From contig JAHZIX010000008.1 of assembly GCA_022601195.1 (NCBI GenBank), forward strand, positions 167,429-231,428: a DNA stretch of 64,000 bases, read 5' to 3'. The number at the start of each line of letters is the position of its first letter. Positions within the stretch are counted from its first letter, which is position 1. This document shows, one piece after another, positions 26,488 through 36,695 of this stretch. Position numbers and translations under genes: made by a program. The notes beneath the pieces are model-generated. The model did not search any database. It was not told where the DNA came from and saw only the letters and a list, made by a program, of their open reading frames with translations. Source of the stretch: Deltaproteobacteria bacterium (GTDB lineage: Bacteria > Acidobacteriota > Thermoanaerobaculia > Multivoradales > JAHZIX01).

Positions 26488-27911
26488 TCAGTCACCGATT
26501 CCGACAGACCTCTGCCGCATACCTGGTGGGAGACCTTGCTGCTCTCTCCTTTGCCTTCTTTGTGGCCTGGGCGCTCCGCTTTCAGCTACAGATCGTTCCC
26601 CTAACCAAGACTCCACCGGATTTTGGGCAGTATCTGCCGCTGTTGCCGATGATTCTCTTCTCTTGGCCAGTGGTGTTCTACTTCCACGGTCTCTACCAGA
26701 TACGCCGCGCGCGCACTCGCTTCGACGAAGCCTTGACGATCGTGTTGGCGGCAGGACTGGGAACCATTCTCCTACTGGCCTTTACCACCGCATATCGGCC
26801 AGCGGTTTCCCCGGATAGTCCAGAGTTCTTTTCCTTCAGCCGGATTTTTCTAGCCCTCTTCCCCCTCGTCTCCATCGGATCGGTCACTGCCATGAGGATG
26901 TTGATCCGGCAGATCTTGCGCCGAAGACACCGCAACGGCCAGGGGATTCAAAGAGTTCTGATCATTGGAGCGGGAGCCCTGGGTAAAGAAATTACCCAGA
27001 AAATCCTAGCTCACCGCGAATTTGGCATCGAAATCGCCGGCTTCCTCGATGACGATCCCGGAATGGCCGGATCTTCCTTCTATGAGGTGCCCGTATTAGG
27101 CACCCTCAAGGATCTCGATGTAGTGCTCGAACGGGAGCAGATCGGGCAGGTATTCATCGCCCTGCCTCTCGAGGCACATCACAAGATGCTCAAGCTCCTG
27201 CAACGCTTCGCGCGGGAGTGCGTAGACGTGAAGCTGGTTCCGGACATCCTCCAATACGCCACCATCAACGCTGCCGTAGAGGATCTGGACGGGACTCCCG
27301 TCATCAACCTCTCCCAGGTACCGTTGCAAGGTTGGTACAGCATGGCGAAGCGAGCCATGGATATTGCCCTCGCTTCTCTGGCGATGCTGGCGCTACTGCC
27401 GTTCCTTCCTTTCGTTGCACTGGTTATCTGGCTGGAAGACCGGGGCCCCATTTTCTACAGCCAGGAACGCATGGGGCTGGATGGCAAGAGCTTCATGATC
27501 TACAAGCTCCGCTCCATGAAGGTCAATGCTGAAGCCAGTACTGGCCCCGTCTGGGCTGTCAAAGACGATCCCAGGCGCACTCGATTGGGAAGCTTCTTAC
27601 GGCGCACTTCCATGGATGAGTTGCCGCAGGTGTGGAATGTCCTGAAGGGGGATATGTCCATCGTCGGACCGCGCCCGGAGAGACCTGCTTTCGTTCGCGA
27701 ATTCAAGCACAAGATCCCTCAGTACATGATGCGCCACCGGGTCAAATCCGGAATCACCGGATGGGCACAGGTCCATGGCTGGCGGGGCAATACTTCGATT
27801 CGGAAGCGCATCCAGTACGACCTCTACTACATCCAGAACTGGTCCCTTCTACTGGACGTCAAGATTCTGTGGATGACGATTCGCAGCGGACTCTGGCATA
27901 ACGCTCACTAA
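26484..27911 (+). CDS. wcaJ: undecaprenyl-phosphate glucose phosphotransferase (WcaJ-like)
   Basis: 4 N-terminal TM, IIGAG domain, KRAMD, YKLRSM, MDELPQ, MSIVGPRPE, GITGWAQV, DLYYI. Confidence 0.92.
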   Translation: MISHRFRQTSAAYLVGDLAALSFAFFVAWALRFQLQIVPLTKTPPDFGQYLPLLPMILFSWPVVFYFHGLYQIRRARTRFDEALTIVLAAGLGTILLLAFTTAYRPAVSPDSPEFFSFSRIFLALFPLVSIGSVTAMRMLIRQILRRRHRNGQGIQRVLIIGAGALGKEITQKILAHREFGIEIAGFLDDDPGMAGSSFYEVPVLGTLKDLDVVLEREQIGQVFIALPLEAHHKMLKLLQRFARECVDVKLVPDILQYATINAAVEDLDGTPVINLSQVPLQGWYSMAKRAMDIALASLAMLALLPFLPFVALVIWLEDRGPIFYSQERMGLDGKSFMIYKLRSMKVNAEASTGPVWAVKDDPRRTRLGSFLRRTSMDELPQVWNVLKGDMSIVGPRPERPAFVREFKHKIPQYMMRHRVKSGITGWAQVHGWRGNTSIRKRIQYDLYYIQNWSLLLDVKILWMTIRSGLWHNAH

Positions 27912-28084
27912 GAGACGCGCCCACTCAAGAAAAGCCCGTCAAAGAGTTCTCGATGGATGAGTGGATGCGAGAGCCCCCCTCTGAGAACTCTAGTCTAGGC
28001 TCCCCCCTCAGCAATCCTGGTGTTCCCAGAGAGAGCCTCTCCGCGCCAGCCGTCCCCTTCCAAGCCAACGGCCTTGTGGAGGTC

Positions 28085-30247
28085 TCAGCTCGCCTTTCGA
28101 CGGGAGAGGGTCTCTCGGATGGATTGCAGCGCCAGCTGGAGCCTCTCTCTTTCCTGGTCCTGGAGAGGTTGCCCGCCAAAACTCTCGCGAAGATAGAAGT
28201 CGATCACCTCTCCTGCTGGCTTCTGGGCTTCTGGGTACTGCTTAGCTGCCTCCTCCTGGAACTCCCCCGGCGATGTCGTGGCCGATAGGGACAGTCCATT
28301 GCGACGAAACCAACGCCGCATGAGGAGAAAGGCTCGGGTCGCTGTCATCGTTTCCTGGCGATGGTGATGCCACAGGCCCCAAAGAGAGCCAAATAGAAGC
28401 ATGGGAATCGCCGCCAGCAGAATCAGCTCCCAACTCGCCAGAGGTTCTCTTGGAGGGATTCCTTCCTGCGCGACTCCGGAAGAGACTGAGTCCTGCGGCG
28501 CCGGCAGCATTTCATCTCGGTCCGAAGCTCCCCTCACCTCGGCAACCCAGTCCCGCAGGCGCGACCAGGCTCCTCTCAAGAGCAGTAGGAAAGAAGCCTG
28601 GTCCTGAAATCCATAGGTCAGGACATAGCGATCCCAGCGAAATTGCAGGTAGTCATACCCCTGGCGAAATAGCCCCCAGGAAATCTGTTGCGAGGTCGCC
28701 TGAGGTCTCCCCGCAGGCGGGGTTGGGTCGAAAACAACCCAGCCCTTTTCGACTCCTAGATAGGCCTCGACCCAAGCGTGAGCATTACTCTGCCGCACCA
28801 CGTAGTACCCCGTCAAACCATTCAACTCTCCACCCAAGAATCCGGTAACCAGACGAGCTGGAACACCCTGGGAGCGGAGCATCATCACCATGGCAGAGGC
28901 AAAAAGCTCGCAGTGCCCTTGGCCATTATCGAACAGAAACTCTTCTAAGGGGGAGGCGCCGGTGCGGCCCATGAATTCTAGAGAGAACTCATAATTCTGG
29001 ATCAGGTAGGACTCCAGCCTCGAGGCCTTCTCGGCCGCATCTCCGTCTCCAGCGGCCGTTTTGGCCAATCGCCCGACCCGTTCCCCCAGACCCGTCAGAT
29101 CCAGGGTTGGCTCACTCCGGATAGACTGCCTGCGAACCCCCGATCCTCCCCCCCCTGAGCTTCCTCTGTCCAAATCTGGGGCCAAGGCGGTGATCACAGG
29201 CTCCGAGGCAAGACCGACGCGATAGGACAAAACACTGGCAGGCTTTCGCCACAGGGAGACGGCTCCTCCTCGATCCCACTGCAACAGCGGGCGATCCAAC
29301 TCGATGCGGGTTGAAGAGATCGGCAAGAGAAGTGCCCGTGAGCCCAACGGCTGCATCCAGATGTCCACCCAGCTATCTGGAATCTGCCGGTCGAGAAAAA
29401 AAGTGCGCCCATTTGCGGAGAGATAGTTGTCTCGATTACCCGACGCGATCCATCTTCTTCTCTGGTAGATCTCAAAGGTTCCCCCTTTGAGACGAATCTC
29501 TTCGTTCGGGTCTACCGCTTCCGAAAATTTGAGTCGGAGGGCCACATCTGGGTTGTCTCTTTGGCTACCGATGGCGTCTAGCGTGACGACATCCGTGAAG
29601 CCGGTAGAGAAAATCTCGGTCCCCGTACCGGTCCCTCGAAGGCCGATCACCGGAGAGCCGAGACGAGGGAAGATGACAAACAGTGGAGCCGAAAGCGCCA
29701 AGCCCACCGCTAAGGTACCGAAAACGAAACCCCGCAAGGGAGTCTTGGCGAGAGTTTCTTCCGCCCCCTCGAAACTAACCAACACTCTCAGCATGGCCAA
29801 TTGCATGAGTAGCACGAGGGTCAACCCGGCAAAGACGAGCAGAAAGAGCACCACGGAAGGGTGCACACTGGTTCCCATGCTAGCCAGAAACAGGAAAAAT
29901 ACACCACCAAAGGTTTGCCAAACGTCCCGAGTCGACCGCAGGGCAAAAAGCTTCACCACCACCGTGAACATGCAAATGTGAACGACCGTTTGGACCAACT
30001 GCCCCCGCATCGCCACCTGGCTGAGGTCGAGAAAAAGCAAAGGCAGGTAGGCCAACCCGAGGACATTCATGGCCCAGAAAGGAAGAAGTCTTGCCTCTGG
30101 ATCTCCCAGACGAAGCTGAAGCAGCACCAGGAACATCAAATAGAGAAACAGACCTCCCCAGCTCAATGCACCATTCAGAGGAAGAGGAAGCGGAGCGAGG
30201 GTCGCCATCCAAGCCAGAAGCCTCGCAGTTGCCTGGGGTGGCCTCAT
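28085..30247 (-). CDS. transglutaminase-like membrane protein (TgpA: DUF3488 + transglutaminase core)
   Basis: Multiple TM; GHCELFA, ARLVTGF, AHAWVEAY, FDPTP; ATG overlaps the DUF58 stop. Confidence 0.92.
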   Translation of the reverse strand: MRPPQATARLLAWMATLAPLPLPLNGALSWGGLFLYLMFLVLLQLRLGDPEARLLPFWAMNVLGLAYLPLLFLDLSQVAMRGQLVQTVVHICMFTVVVKLFALRSTRDVWQTFGGVFFLFLASMGTSVHPSVVLFLLVFAGLTLVLLMQLAMLRVLVSFEGAEETLAKTPLRGFVFGTLAVGLALSAPLFVIFPRLGSPVIGLRGTGTGTEIFSTGFTDVVTLDAIGSQRDNPDVALRLKFSEAVDPNEEIRLKGGTFEIYQRRRWIASGNRDNYLSANGRTFFLDRQIPDSWVDIWMQPLGSRALLLPISSTRIELDRPLLQWDRGGAVSLWRKPASVLSYRVGLASEPVITALAPDLDRGSSGGGGSGVRRQSIRSEPTLDLTGLGERVGRLAKTAAGDGDAAEKASRLESYLIQNYEFSLEFMGRTGASPLEEFLFDNGQGHCELFASAMVMMLRSQGVPARLVTGFLGGELNGLTGYYVVRQSNAHAWVEAYLGVEKGWVVFDPTPPAGRPQATSQQISWGLFRQGYDYLQFRWDRYVLTYGFQDQASFLLLLRGAWSRLRDWVAEVRGASDRDEMLPAPQDSVSSGVAQEGIPPREPLASWELILLAAIPMLLFGSLWGLWHHHRQETMTATRAFLLMRRWFRRNGLSLSATTSPGEFQEEAAKQYPEAQKPAGEVIDFYLRESFGGQPLQDQERERLQLALQSIRETLSRRKAS

Positions 30248-31257
30248 GGAATAGGGCCAGCTTGCGAATCTAAGGCTAGTCGGACGGTCGGAGCGCGACG
30301 ATCCATGGACTCCAGAGGCAGTTCCTTGGGTGGACAAGGTTCCACCAGTGCCAATGCTTCGAGAATCGCTCCCCGCTGCCGAAACCCGGAAGCAAAACGT
30401 AGGTGCTTGTCCCGAGTGACCAACTCCACCTCGAATCCTCGCACAAGGAGATCAGCAGCCACTGTGGCTGCCTCGCTGACCAACCGCTCGAAACGAGCTT
30501 CCACTTCCTCCGTGACTCCACTGACCCCGTTGTCCAGGAGAATCGAAACTCTTCTCCCTTGATCTTCCTCTCGTTCCATGAAGATCATCGAGCCAGTCTT
30601 GGCGGTTTGCTTCCAGTGAACGCCGCGGGGGTCGTCTCCGGGCTGAAAGACTCGGAGCTGACGCAGCTCGTTGCCTCGTCCTGGTCTGGCACCGCCCATA
30701 TCCCCGAGCTCTCCAATTCCCTCGACTCGCTTCTCTTCCGGTCCAAAGAGCTCGGGATACACCAACAGCTCCAAGCTGGTCTTGTAGCGGTGGGTCTTGA
30801 AGAAAAAACCAAACGGGAACGGGCTGGTTACGACCAGGTGAGAAATCCGCTGAAGTCCGCGACGTTTCTGAAAAGACTCCAAAATGCCTCGGCTCCTCCC
30901 TCGGGCGGGTAGGTAGTTGACTAGTCTGGCCCGCTCGCGCCTATCTGCCGAGACCAACAGGAACCAATGAGGAAGCCACCGTCGCTTGCTTTTCACCTCG
31001 AACTCGAGGTTGAAAGGACGATTGGCGAAAACTTCCGGCGGCCCATGGAGACGAACCTGGAGGCCTCGAACATTGCGCCGGGAGGAAAGTCCAGAAAGCA
31101 CCAGGAAGGCCAACATCAGAGCCAGCACGAGAAATAGCGCGTTGTTTCCCGAGTTCGTCGCTGCCGCCGCCACCAACAAGGACACAAAGATGTAGCCCAG
31201 ACCGATCGCAGTAATTCGAACCGGGCCCACGGTGGAGCGACTTTGAGGAGTCGTCAA
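30244..31257 (-). CDS. DUF58 domain protein
   Basis: AATNSGNN, FPFGFF, LRVFQPGDDPRGVHWKQTAK; between MoxR and the transglutaminase. Confidence 0.92.
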   Translation of the reverse strand: MTTPQSRSTVGPVRITAIGLGYIFVSLLVAAAATNSGNNALFLVLALMLAFLVLSGLSSRRNVRGLQVRLHGPPEVFANRPFNLEFEVKSKRRWLPHWFLLVSADRRERARLVNYLPARGRSRGILESFQKRRGLQRISHLVVTSPFPFGFFFKTHRYKTSLELLVYPELFGPEEKRVEGIGELGDMGGARPGRGNELRQLRVFQPGDDPRGVHWKQTAKTGSMIFMEREEDQGRRVSILLDNGVSGVTEEVEARFERLVSEAATVAADLLVRGFEVELVTRDKHLRFASGFRQRGAILEALALVEPCPPKELPLESMDRRAPTVRLALDSQAGPIP

Positions 31258-31294
31258 GGGGAAGCCTCCGGAGTCAGGACAATTCCGGCGCCAT

Positions 31295-32272
31295 TCACAC
31301 GGGTACGGGGATGGTTGCGATCAGCTCTTCGATGGCGGTCCTCTGAGCCCTTCGATCTGAGGTACCTCGACGTAGCACGACTCGATGAGACAGCACGGAA
31401 ACGGCCAGCCGCCGAACATCGTCCGGGGTAGCAAAATCTCGGCCTTCGCAGAGCGCCAAGGCCTGAGTTGCCCGGTAGAGGCCCTGCACGCCACGAGTAG
31501 ACACTCCGAGCAGGAAGTCCGACCCTTGGCGCGTCGCCTCGGTCACCGACAAGATGTACTCGACCAACTTGTCGGCAACTCGGATTCGAGGCACTTTCTG
31601 CTGCAAGGCGAGCACTTGATCTCGGTCGAGCACCGGCTCCAATTGCTCCAATAGGTCCTCGACTCCACCGGAGACCAGGAGCTGCCTCTCTTCCGCCCGA
31701 GGTGGGTACCCCACCTCCAAGGACATCAAGAATCGGTCCAGTTGGGACTCCGGTAGCGGGAAAGTTCCATGGTGGTCAAGGGGGTTCTGCGTCGCGATGA
31801 CCAGAAATGGCTCCTTGAGAGCGTAACGGCGACGGTCCACTGAGATCTTTCTCTCGCTCATCGCTTCGAGGAGTGCAGATTGAGTCTTGGGCGTCGCCCG
31901 GTTGATCTCATCTGCCAAAACCACATTGGAGAACAGGGGCCCAGGAACGAACTCGAAGGATTCCTCGGACTGGCGAAACACCGACATCCCAATAATGTCC
32001 GAGGGCAGGAGGTCGCTGGTGAACTGGATGCGCTGGAAACCGACGCCCAGGGACCGAGCGACCGCCTGAGCGAGGGTCGTCTTCCCCACTCCCGGAACGT
32101 CCTCCAGTAACAGATGTCCTCGCGCCAAGAGGCAGACCGTCGCCAATCGAATCACCTCCGGCTTCCCCCGTAGGATCCGGCCGACGTTCTCCTCTAACCG
32201 CAGAACTCCCTCATAGCCATCGTGGATCGAAGAAACGGTAGCTGTGCTCACAGACATAGTTGCAATACTCAT
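31295..32272 (-). CDS. moxR: MoxR-family AAA+ ATPase
   Basis: EDVPGVGKT, RIQFTSDLLPSD, DEINR, ATQNP, PLPESQLDRF. Confidence 0.95.
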   Translation of the reverse strand: MSIATMSVSTATVSSIHDGYEGVLRLEENVGRILRGKPEVIRLATVCLLARGHLLLEDVPGVGKTTLAQAVARSLGVGFQRIQFTSDLLPSDIIGMSVFRQSEESFEFVPGPLFSNVVLADEINRATPKTQSALLEAMSERKISVDRRRYALKEPFLVIATQNPLDHHGTFPLPESQLDRFLMSLEVGYPPRAEERQLLVSGGVEDLLEQLEPVLDRDQVLALQQKVPRIRVADKLVEYILSVTEATRQGSDFLLGVSTRGVQGLYRATQALALCEGRDFATPDDVRRLAVSVLSHRVVLRRGTSDRRAQRTAIEELIATIPVPV

Positions 32273-32322
32273 CTCTCACTTCTACGTGGAAAATTCCACG
32301 AAGGTCTACCAAGCTGGAAAAT

Positions 32323-32910
32323 TTACGGCGCCGGCGAGAATTCCGGGTATTTCCCTCTTTCCTCAGCTGGAATTGGGTGCCGTACCTCAGTGTAGAAAAT
32401 ATCGCCTGCTTCGTAGGCCACATCCTCCAATTTGTGGACTATCTGGGCACCGGGCCCCTGGAGGATTCTGGAGGTATCGAAAGTCACCGGCCAACGCTGC
32501 TTTTCGACCTCCTGGCCGTCGAGATGAACAACATCGATGGTCAGCTGTGGAAGAGTCTCCCGACCTCCTGTGGCCACCAGAATGTCCAAGGTGATGTCAT
32601 AGCGCACGGGCTCAGCCACGACGGGTTCATCCATCAGACTGTCCCCCGAAGCTGGATCAGCCATGGAGTCGGCTTCATCGTCCATCGCCGAATCTCCCTC
32701 TTCCATCCCTTCCTCGCCCTCTACAGGCTCCGGCATGGCCGGCTCCGGCACTCGCGCCGTCGCAACAAAGCCTCCCTGATTCACCGTGGCGCTATAAGAC
32801 GCTCGGATATCAGCGATCTGCTCTTCGGGACTCTTGGTTTGACAGCCGATCGTCAGAACGACCAGTAGCGCAACACAGACTAGCGCAGGGACAGTTTGGA
32901 TTCCTCGCAT
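32323..32910 (-). CDS. hypothetical lipoprotein with an acidic low-complexity linker
   Basis: AAGGAG RBS; signal ending LTIGC; E/D/M-rich middle region. Confidence 0.75.
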   Translation of the reverse strand: MRGIQTVPALVCVALLVVLTIGCQTKSPEEQIADIRASYSATVNQGGFVATARVPEPAMPEPVEGEEGMEEGDSAMDDEADSMADPASGDSLMDEPVVAEPVRYDITLDILVATGGRETLPQLTIDVVHLDGQEVEKQRWPVTFDTSRILQGPGAQIVHKLEDVAYEAGDIFYTEVRHPIPAEERGKYPEFSPAP

Positions 32911-33026
32911 GGGTATATCTCCTTCAAACTCTCTTCATCGGGGGTAACGGGGGCGGTTTCGCTGAAGGATTATAGCGGACTCAGTGAAGTCAATCGGCGG
33001 TCGATTTCGCCGATTGGCAACGAGAG

Positions 33027-33055
33027 TTGACCACCAGCAGTCGTGCCGATAAGAT
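33027..33055 (+). promoter_or_regulatory. sigma70-type promoter upstream of recA
   Basis: TTGACC, 17-nt spacer, TAAGAT. Confidence 0.55.
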
Positions 33056-33317
33056 ACGCCTTGTTACCGCCATGAAGGATTTATCCTAAAAACCTTCGAA
33101 GGGCCACCGAAAGAACGGTCACGGGAATAGCGAGAATAAGCTGTGCTTTGATGGCCATCAGGACCTTGAGGCGCATCGAAGGAAACCCGGACGCGTACAA
33201 TAGAAGGCTCGCGCAGGACACCCCCAGGAGCAGTCGGCGCCGCCAAAATTCACGAATAGAAACAGCGAGAACAAATCCGTATCGCGAATCCAGCTGTCTA
33301 CGAGGAGCCAAGAACAC

Positions 33318-34355
33318 ATGTCCAAAGCGGCCAACACAGATCGAAATAAATCCGTAGAAGGTGCCCTCGCACAAATCGAACGCCAGTTCGGCAAGGGTGC
33401 CATCATGCGCCTAGGGCAGCAGGAAGTCTTGGGTATCGCCAGTATTTCCTCCGGCTCCATAGCCGTAGATGTGGCAGTGGGTATCGGTGGCTTTCCTCGC
33501 GGACGAGTCGTCGAAGTCTACGGTCCGGAGTCATCCGGAAAAACCACCTTGGCTCTCTCGGTGGCTGCTCAGGCTCAGAAGGCAGGAGGAACAGCTGCCT
33601 TCATCGATGCCGAGCACGCCTTGGACGCCGAATACGCCACTAAGATTGGCGTCGACATCGACAATCTCCTTGTTTCTCAACCGGATAGCGGCGAGCAGGC
33701 CTTGGAAATCGTCGAGATGCTGGTGCGTAGCAACTCTTTGGACATCGTCGTCATCGATTCCGTAGCTGCCCTCGTGCCAAGGGCCGAACTGGACGGGGAA
33801 ATGGGGGACTCCCACGTCGGCCTCCATGCCCGCTTGATGTCGCAGGCATTGCGCAAACTGACGGCCATCGTCGCCAAATCCAAGACCTGCTTGGTCTTCA
33901 TCAACCAAATTCGCGAAAAAATTGGCGTCATGTTCGGCAGCCCCGAGACCACTACCGGCGGCCGGGCCCTCAAGTTCTACTCTTCTGTTCGCATCGATAT
34001 TCGCCGTATTGCTGCCATCAAAGACGGTGACCAGGTCGTCGGCAGTCGGGCGAAGGTCAAGGTGGTGAAGAACAAGTGTGCCGCGCCATTTCGGCAAGCA
34101 GAATTTGATATCGACTATGGTGAGGGTATCTCTCGTTTCGGCGAGCTCATCGACATGGGCGTCGAAGAAAAATTCGTTCTCAAAAGCGGCGCTTGGTATA
34201 GCTACGGCGATATTCGGCTGGGGCAGGGACGAGAGAATTCCAAGCAGTTCCTGCGCGACAATTTAGAGCTGGCGGCCGAAATCGAAGTCAAGTTGAGAGA
34301 TAAATTTGGCCTGCCCCAGGTCGGCTCGAGTACCCCCGAAGCAGAAAACGCTTAA
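33318..34355 (+). CDS. recA: recombinase RecA
   Basis: [55 protein letters not shown]. Confidence 0.99.
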   Translation: MSKAANTDRNKSVEGALAQIERQFGKGAIMRLGQQEVLGIASISSGSIAVDVAVGIGGFPRGRVVEVYGPESSGKTTLALSVAAQAQKAGGTAAFIDAEHALDAEYATKIGVDIDNLLVSQPDSGEQALEIVEMLVRSNSLDIVVIDSVAALVPRAELDGEMGDSHVGLHARLMSQALRKLTAIVAKSKTCLVFINQIREKIGVMFGSPETTTGGRALKFYSSVRIDIRRIAAIKDGDQVVGSRAKVKVVKNKCAAPFRQAEFDIDYGEGISRFGELIDMGVEEKFVLKSGAWYSYGDIRLGQGRENSKQFLRDNLELAAEIEVKLRDKFGLPQVGSSTPEAENA

Positions 34356-34423
34356 GAACCTGGCCGTCCTTAGGCTGCGAACTTGGCAGAAAGTGGCCAA
34401 CGCCCACACCGCCGTAGTACCCG

Positions 34424-34457
34424 TTCGGTCCCTAGCCTTGCTACACTAGGGACCGAA
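34424..34457. promoter_or_regulatory. stable hairpin between recA and the NhaC-family gene
   Basis: Perfect 12-bp stem TTCGGTCCCTAG / CTAGGGACCGAA, no U-tract, abutting the downstream RBS region. Confidence 0.55.
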
Positions 34458-34468
34458 AGGTACCCACC

Positions 34469-36382
34469 ATGAAGAGATATTTGCTGCTGACGGCAGCGCT
34501 TTTATTGCCGTCTTTTGTCTTCAGTGCTACAGAGCTGGCTGTCGAGGTCGATGGAGCTGCCCTTCGAAGCTCAGACCTTCACCTCAAAATCACTGTCGGC
34601 GATGTGCCGGCGGGTCAAGAAGTAGACGTCTCCGTCGGAACCACCGACCGAAACCTAGAGACGTTTCGCCTGACCGCAGGCGAGCACGAGGTCACCGTAG
34701 AAGATCCCGGCTTGGGTTCCTATAAGGGCGATCTCGTAGTGAGTAGCGCCGGAGCTGAAGCCAGGACCCGTATTGGCACCCTCCCTGACTGGTTCTCTGT
34801 ACTACCAGCTCTGGTCGCGATCCTCCTAGCTCTATTTTTTCGCGACGTTCTGCTGTCGCTCTTCTCCGGTGTCTTTCTCGGAGCCCTCTTACTCAATGAC
34901 TGGAACCCTTTCGCTGCTATTGGCCGGACCATCGACCACTTCATCGTCGATGCCTTGATCGATCCGGATCACGCCAAAATCCTCATCTTCTCTGCCCTCT
35001 TAGGGTCCATGGTCGGAGTGATGAGCAAGAGCGGCGGCACTCTTGGCATCGTTGAATGGCTGAGCCCCTATGCCACCAACACTCGGCGGGGTCAGTTCGC
35101 TACCTGGATGATGGGTTTGTTGATTTTCTTCGACGACTACGCCAATACGCTGATCGTCGGCTCTACCATGCGACCGATTACCGACCGCCTCCGGATCAGC
35201 CGCGAAAAGCTCGCCTATATCGTCGACTCCACAGCCGCTCCAGTAGCCAGCCTCTTCCCGATCTCAACCTGGATCGGCTTCGAAGTGGGCCTCCTAGCTG
35301 CGGCCTTCGCAGATCTCAACATCGGCTACGACCCTTACCTCACTTTCGTGGCATCCATTCCCTTTCGCTTCTACCCACTCCTAGCCCTGGTCTTTGGTCT
35401 AACGGTGGCGCTGAGCTGTAGAGACCTGGGCCCCATGTTGAAGGCGGAACGCCGCGCATTTCGGACCGGGGAAGTTTTGGGGGGCGCTCAAACTGCCCTG
35501 GCGGACTACGAAGTCTCCGACATGGCTCCACCGAAGGGAATCAAGCACCGGGCCATCAACGCCCTTGGCCCCATCATCACGGTGATGGTGGTCACTTTGC
35601 TTGGGCTCTACCGAACCGGCGCAGCAGGCCTCGAGCGGGCAGCTGACCAGAGCCTCGGGTCCTGGTTGCGAGAAGTCTTCTCCAACGCCAACAGCTTCGA
35701 CACCCTCCTGTGGGCGAGCCTTTCAGGTGCCCTGGTGGCGATGGCATTGGCGGTAGGCTTCAAGTCTCTGACTCTTTCCCAGGCGATGAGTGGATTCGTG
35801 GCGGGCCTCAAGGCGATGCTCTTGGCCTTCGTCGTCTTGGTCCTGGCTTGGTCCATCGGCGCGGTTTGCTCGGAGCTTCACACTGCCGACTACCTCGTCG
35901 GCCTGACCCAGGGCTTTCTCTCACCGCACTTATTACCCGTGCTGGTATTCGTTTTGTCCGCTGCGGTCGCTTTCGCGACAGGAACCTCCTGGGCCACCAT
36001 GAGTATCCTCATCCCGCTCGTGGTGCCCATCCTTCATGGTTTGGCTACCACTGCAGGCCATATGCCCGGCGACTCGGTATACACCACTCTGCTCCTGGGA
36101 ACGGTTTCTTCAGTCCTTGCCGGTGCAGTGTGGGGAGACCATTGTTCTCCCATCTCAGACACCACCATCCTGTCCAGTATGGGCTCCGGTTGTGACCATA
36201 TCGCCCATGTACGCACCCAGCTCCCCTATGCCCTCGGCGTAGGATTCCTTGGGATGCTCGTCGGGGATATCCCAACTGCCTTCGGTATGAGCCCATGGCT
36301 GTCCTTTTTCTTGGGCGCCACCGTTATCGTTGGCGGTCTGATGTGGCTGGGCAAGAAAAGGGACGAACCAGAGGCCGCCTAG
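34469..36382 (+). CDS. NhaC-family Na+/H+ antiporter-like transporter with an N-terminal soluble extension
   Basis: FFDDYAN, ISREKLAYIVDSTAAP, GTSWATM, GDHCSPISDTTILSS, HVRTQLPY; signal peptide plus ~90-aa beta-rich domain. Confidence 0.92.
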   Translation: MKRYLLLTAALLLPSFVFSATELAVEVDGAALRSSDLHLKITVGDVPAGQEVDVSVGTTDRNLETFRLTAGEHEVTVEDPGLGSYKGDLVVSSAGAEARTRIGTLPDWFSVLPALVAILLALFFRDVLLSLFSGVFLGALLLNDWNPFAAIGRTIDHFIVDALIDPDHAKILIFSALLGSMVGVMSKSGGTLGIVEWLSPYATNTRRGQFATWMMGLLIFFDDYANTLIVGSTMRPITDRLRISREKLAYIVDSTAAPVASLFPISTWIGFEVGLLAAAFADLNIGYDPYLTFVASIPFRFYPLLALVFGLTVALSCRDLGPMLKAERRAFRTGEVLGGAQTALADYEVSDMAPPKGIKHRAINALGPIITVMVVTLLGLYRTGAAGLERAADQSLGSWLREVFSNANSFDTLLWASLSGALVAMALAVGFKSLTLSQAMSGFVAGLKAMLLAFVVLVLAWSIGAVCSELHTADYLVGLTQGFLSPHLLPVLVFVLSAAVAFATGTSWATMSILIPLVVPILHGLATTAGHMPGDSVYTTLLLGTVSSVLAGAVWGDHCSPISDTTILSSMGSGCDHIAHVRTQLPYALGVGFLGMLVGDIPTAFGMSPWLSFFLGATVIVGGLMWLGKKRDEPEAA

Positions 36383-36695
36383 GCCTTCTCACCGGATTCC
36401 TTTCGCTCCGTAGCTACCCCTTCTGCTCAGCAGCCTGAGACGGTGAAGCTGCCTGTAGACACAGAGCCTTCGTTCCAAGACCGAGGTCGGCGTATTATTG
36501 GTCCTAAGAAGAAGGGCGCGGAGAAGAGGACGTTGAAGATCGAGGGTGATTTGCTCCCCGAGTAGAAAGCCGGCGAGCTACAGAGCCCCCTTTCTTCCCT
36601 ACCCAGAGGACTCCTGAACGGCTACGGCGTGAAAAGGCTTCAGCCGGTTCAGATTGCGCTTCTCGAGCGATCTGTGCCCCTCAAGAAATAGCCGG

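Noticed and set aside
36380-36565. Frame stays open for 60 codons after the NhaC TAG (possible readthrough or recoding)
   Set aside because: NhaC ends naturally after its last TM with a charged tail; open stretches of this length are common at this GC content; no recoding machinery seen
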